A stretch of 36,600 bases of DNA from an uncultured Bacteroidales bacterium (lineage in GTDB: Bacteria > Bacteroidota > Bacteroidia > Bacteroidales > Bacteroidaceae): the NCBI GenBank assembly GCA_902797255.1, contig CADBSN010000056.1, forward strand, positions 1-36,600, given 5' to 3'. A program made the translations under genes and the position numbers. The notes below the pieces were generated by a model. It was given only the letters and a program-made list of their open reading frames with translations. It did no database searches and was not told the DNA's origin. Positions 34,860 through 36,600 of this stretch are shown in pieces (the stretch's first letter is position 1; each line of letters starts with the position of its first letter).

Positions 34860-35816
34860 CTAGCAGAAGTCCGAAAGGTTTAATGACCAAGTATCATAAC
34901 ATACACCTCGACCACCGAATGATTCTTTTTGAAATGTCAGACCTTCATTCAACCATTTGCCTCCTTTCTCTGTTGAGACCCCGAAGTCGAAATACATGCG
35001 GTCGGCATACACACTCGTCAGCAGATGACTGATCAGGTGGTCGAATGCGCCAGTTGCTTTTCCTTCTGGGTTTGCTGCGATATATTGGGTATGGATGATT
35101 TGTCCCATGTCGAACACCACCGTTCCTGCAATCGTCTCGCCTTGTCTGTTCCTCACAACGTACAGACGGATGATATCTGTGAACCTGCTCATTAGCAAGT
35201 GTAGCTCGTCGATCGAGTGGACAGGAATGACGTTGTGACGCTCTCGTAAGTTCTTGTCCAATATGTGCCAGAAAACTGTCACGTCTGTCTCTTGACAGAT
35301 GCTGTTACCTGCTTTCAGCGATTTCTTGATGCAACGCCTTCTCAGTTCGTTCATCTTAATAGCATCGGGGATATAAATGGTTTGAGACAGGTTGCGGGCC
35401 TCCAGCGTTGCTTGGTTACGGAAGAGGAAGAAGAGGTCTTCTTGTGAAGGATACCTATTATATATATAAGGTATCGGACGGTAGTATATTTTCTTCGCAC
35501 CTAAACCCGCATAATACTGACATGCCAACTTCATCGCCTCCATTACTTCCAAGGTCGAAATCCTTCGCGACATAATCAGTCCCCCGTATGTAAGCCCGTG
35601 ATGTGAGTAGACGGTCTGTATATCTTCTTCGTAGTTCGCAGGCAACACAGCTACCAACCGCTCTTTTTCGTCATACATCATCAACGAAGCATCCACAAAC
35701 CGATTCGCATGATAGTCCATGAAGTTCCTGTCCAGCAAGAATGTCCCGTTCTTCGACTCACTCACGAACTTGTTCCATTCCTTTGCCTGTTCCCTATTAT
35801 ATCTTCTAATCTCCAT
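34860..35816 (-). CDS. GNAT-fold / FemAB-like acyltransferase (tentative)
   Basis: 318 aa. The call rests on general resemblance to FemAB-like GNAT proteins that accompany WxcM/FdtA-type genes. No sharp motif was verified by eye. Confidence 0.55.
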   Translation of the reverse strand: MEIRRYNREQAKEWNKFVSESKNGTFLLDRNFMDYHANRFVDASLMMYDEKERLVAVLPANYEEDIQTVYSHHGLTYGGLIMSRRISTLEVMEAMKLACQYYAGLGAKKIYYRPIPYIYNRYPSQEDLFFLFRNQATLEARNLSQTIYIPDAIKMNELRRRCIKKSLKAGNSICQETDVTVFWHILDKNLRERHNVIPVHSIDELHLLMSRFTDIIRLYVVRNRQGETIAGTVVFDMGQIIHTQYIAANPEGKATGAFDHLISHLLTSVYADRMYFDFGVSTEKGGKWLNEGLTFQKESFGGRGVCYDTWSLNLSDFC

Positions 35817-35875
35817 TTACTTCTTCTTTCTTATTTCATCCCTCTATAGTTTCATGTTCCAAGTTTCAAGTTTCA

Positions 35876-35912
35876 CTTTCCACTTTCAACTCTTGAACTG
35901 ACTTTAAACTAT
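35876..35912 (-). repeat. Reverse-complement copy of the intergenic repeat core seen at 1018-1054
   Basis: The reverse complement reads atagtttaaagtcagttcaagagttgaaagtggaaag. The copy at 1018 reads atagtttaaggtcagttgaaagagttgaaagtgaaaag. Confidence 0.65.
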
Positions 35913-35937
35913 CAACTATCAACTTTGAACTTTAAAT

Positions 35938-36360
35938 TTACCCCTTTCCTCGAAGAAACTCTTCGTAATCGTTCACATAGCCCTCCACCATATACCGATG
36001 TGAGGCCAACACCACACACACAGCATCCTCAGAAAAGTTCTTCAACTCACACCATACATTCGGTCCGATATATATTCCCACATTCGGAGAGTCCATCCTG
36101 TACGTTCGCTCACCCTCTTTGTCGCTCACAAACATATCGAAAGCCCCTTGAGCTGGAAACACAATCTCTGCACAGATACGATGAGCGTGCTTTCCACGAG
36201 TCTGACCCTTCGGAATATTCGATATCCAGAACACGCGTTCTATCTTGAACGGCAACTCCACATTCTCCGTAAAACAAAGCTCGCCACGTTCATCGATTGC
36301 TGAACCCACTTCTATCAGGTTTGCGCATTCGGGAAGTCCATATTTACCGTCTACTTTCAT
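35938..36360 (-). CDS. FdtA/WxcM-like cupin, sugar 3,4-ketoisomerase family
   Basis: 140 aa. Motifs: DERGELCFTE...LPFKIERVFWISNIP..QTRGKHAH...VVLASHRYMVEGYVNDYEEF. TAtcTTTG upstream at 36381-36388 (- strand). Confidence 0.75.
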   Translation of the reverse strand: MKVDGKYGLPECANLIEVGSAIDERGELCFTENVELPFKIERVFWISNIPKGQTRGKHAHRICAEIVFPAQGAFDMFVSDKEGERTYRMDSPNVGIYIGPNVWCELKNFSEDAVCVVLASHRYMVEGYVNDYEEFLRGKG

Positions 36361-36514
36361 CTTTTTTCATTATTTTCATGCAAAGATATGATTTTTCTTT
36401 CAAAATATTTGGTTTATAACAAAAAAAAGTCTAAATTTGCACTCGCTTTTCGAAACCCGACACAAAAACGGGCCTTAGAAAGCAAAATGGAGATCAGACA
36501 AAGCTTATCTTTAG

Positions 36515-36600
36515 GGAAGGATGGGTGAGTGGCTGAAACCAGCAGTTTGCTAAACTGCCGTGCGGGTAACCGTACCGGGGGTTCGAATCCCCCTCCTTCC
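36515..36600 (+). tRNA. tRNA-Ser (anticodon GCU), class II with a long variable arm. The discriminator base and CCA lie at or beyond the window edge.
   Basis: Acceptor stem ggaagga/tccttcc. Anticodon stem gcagt/actgc with loop ttGCTaa. T-arm ggggg-ttcgaat-ccccc. A TAaaTTTG motif lies at 36432-36439. Confidence 0.9.

Overview
This 36.6-kb segment looks like a Bacteroidota chromosome, most plausibly Prevotella/Segatella-like. The basis is TAnnTTTG -7 promoter motifs upstream of most transcription units, T9SS-type C-terminal sorting tails, an AraC-output hybrid two-component regulator, and GH28/GH30 enzymes. I support about 25 protein-coding genes and one tRNA-Ser(GCU) at the right edge. I saw no rRNA, CRISPR array, transposase or integrase. 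Gene order: partial ORF and XRE regulator; repeat-rich spacers; hypothetical gene; GT2-DUF4922(HIT-like)/SpoIID-LytB/AmpG operon; two lipoproteins; four tandem paralogous periplasmic-binding-domain sensor kinases; Hsp20; MetX; a hybrid two-component regulator split by one in-frame TAG; a T9SS-tailed HExxH protein; a T9SS-tailed XynC-like GH30; a DUF554 membrane protein; a GC-rich AAA/DUF4143 ATPase; a 41-aa zinc-ribbon ORF overlapping a GH28 start; an HD-NT5C fusion; two paralogous secreted proteins with Gly/Phe or Gly/Met tails; a FemAB-like GNAT and an FdtA-like cupin; tRNA-Ser. The best candidates for undescribed biology are: (1) the A-B-A-B array of four sensor kinases, where the phospho-acceptor His and the ATPase domain are lost in complementary fashion and no response regulator is present; (2) the GT2-HIT-like/SpoIID/AmpG operon; (3) the GroEL-tail-like Gly-rich periplasmic protein pair; (4) the HExxH T9SS cargo between the broken regulator and GH30; (5) the zinc-ribbon/GH28 overlap at an A6 tract. 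All homology calls rest on motifs read by eye. No database search was run.
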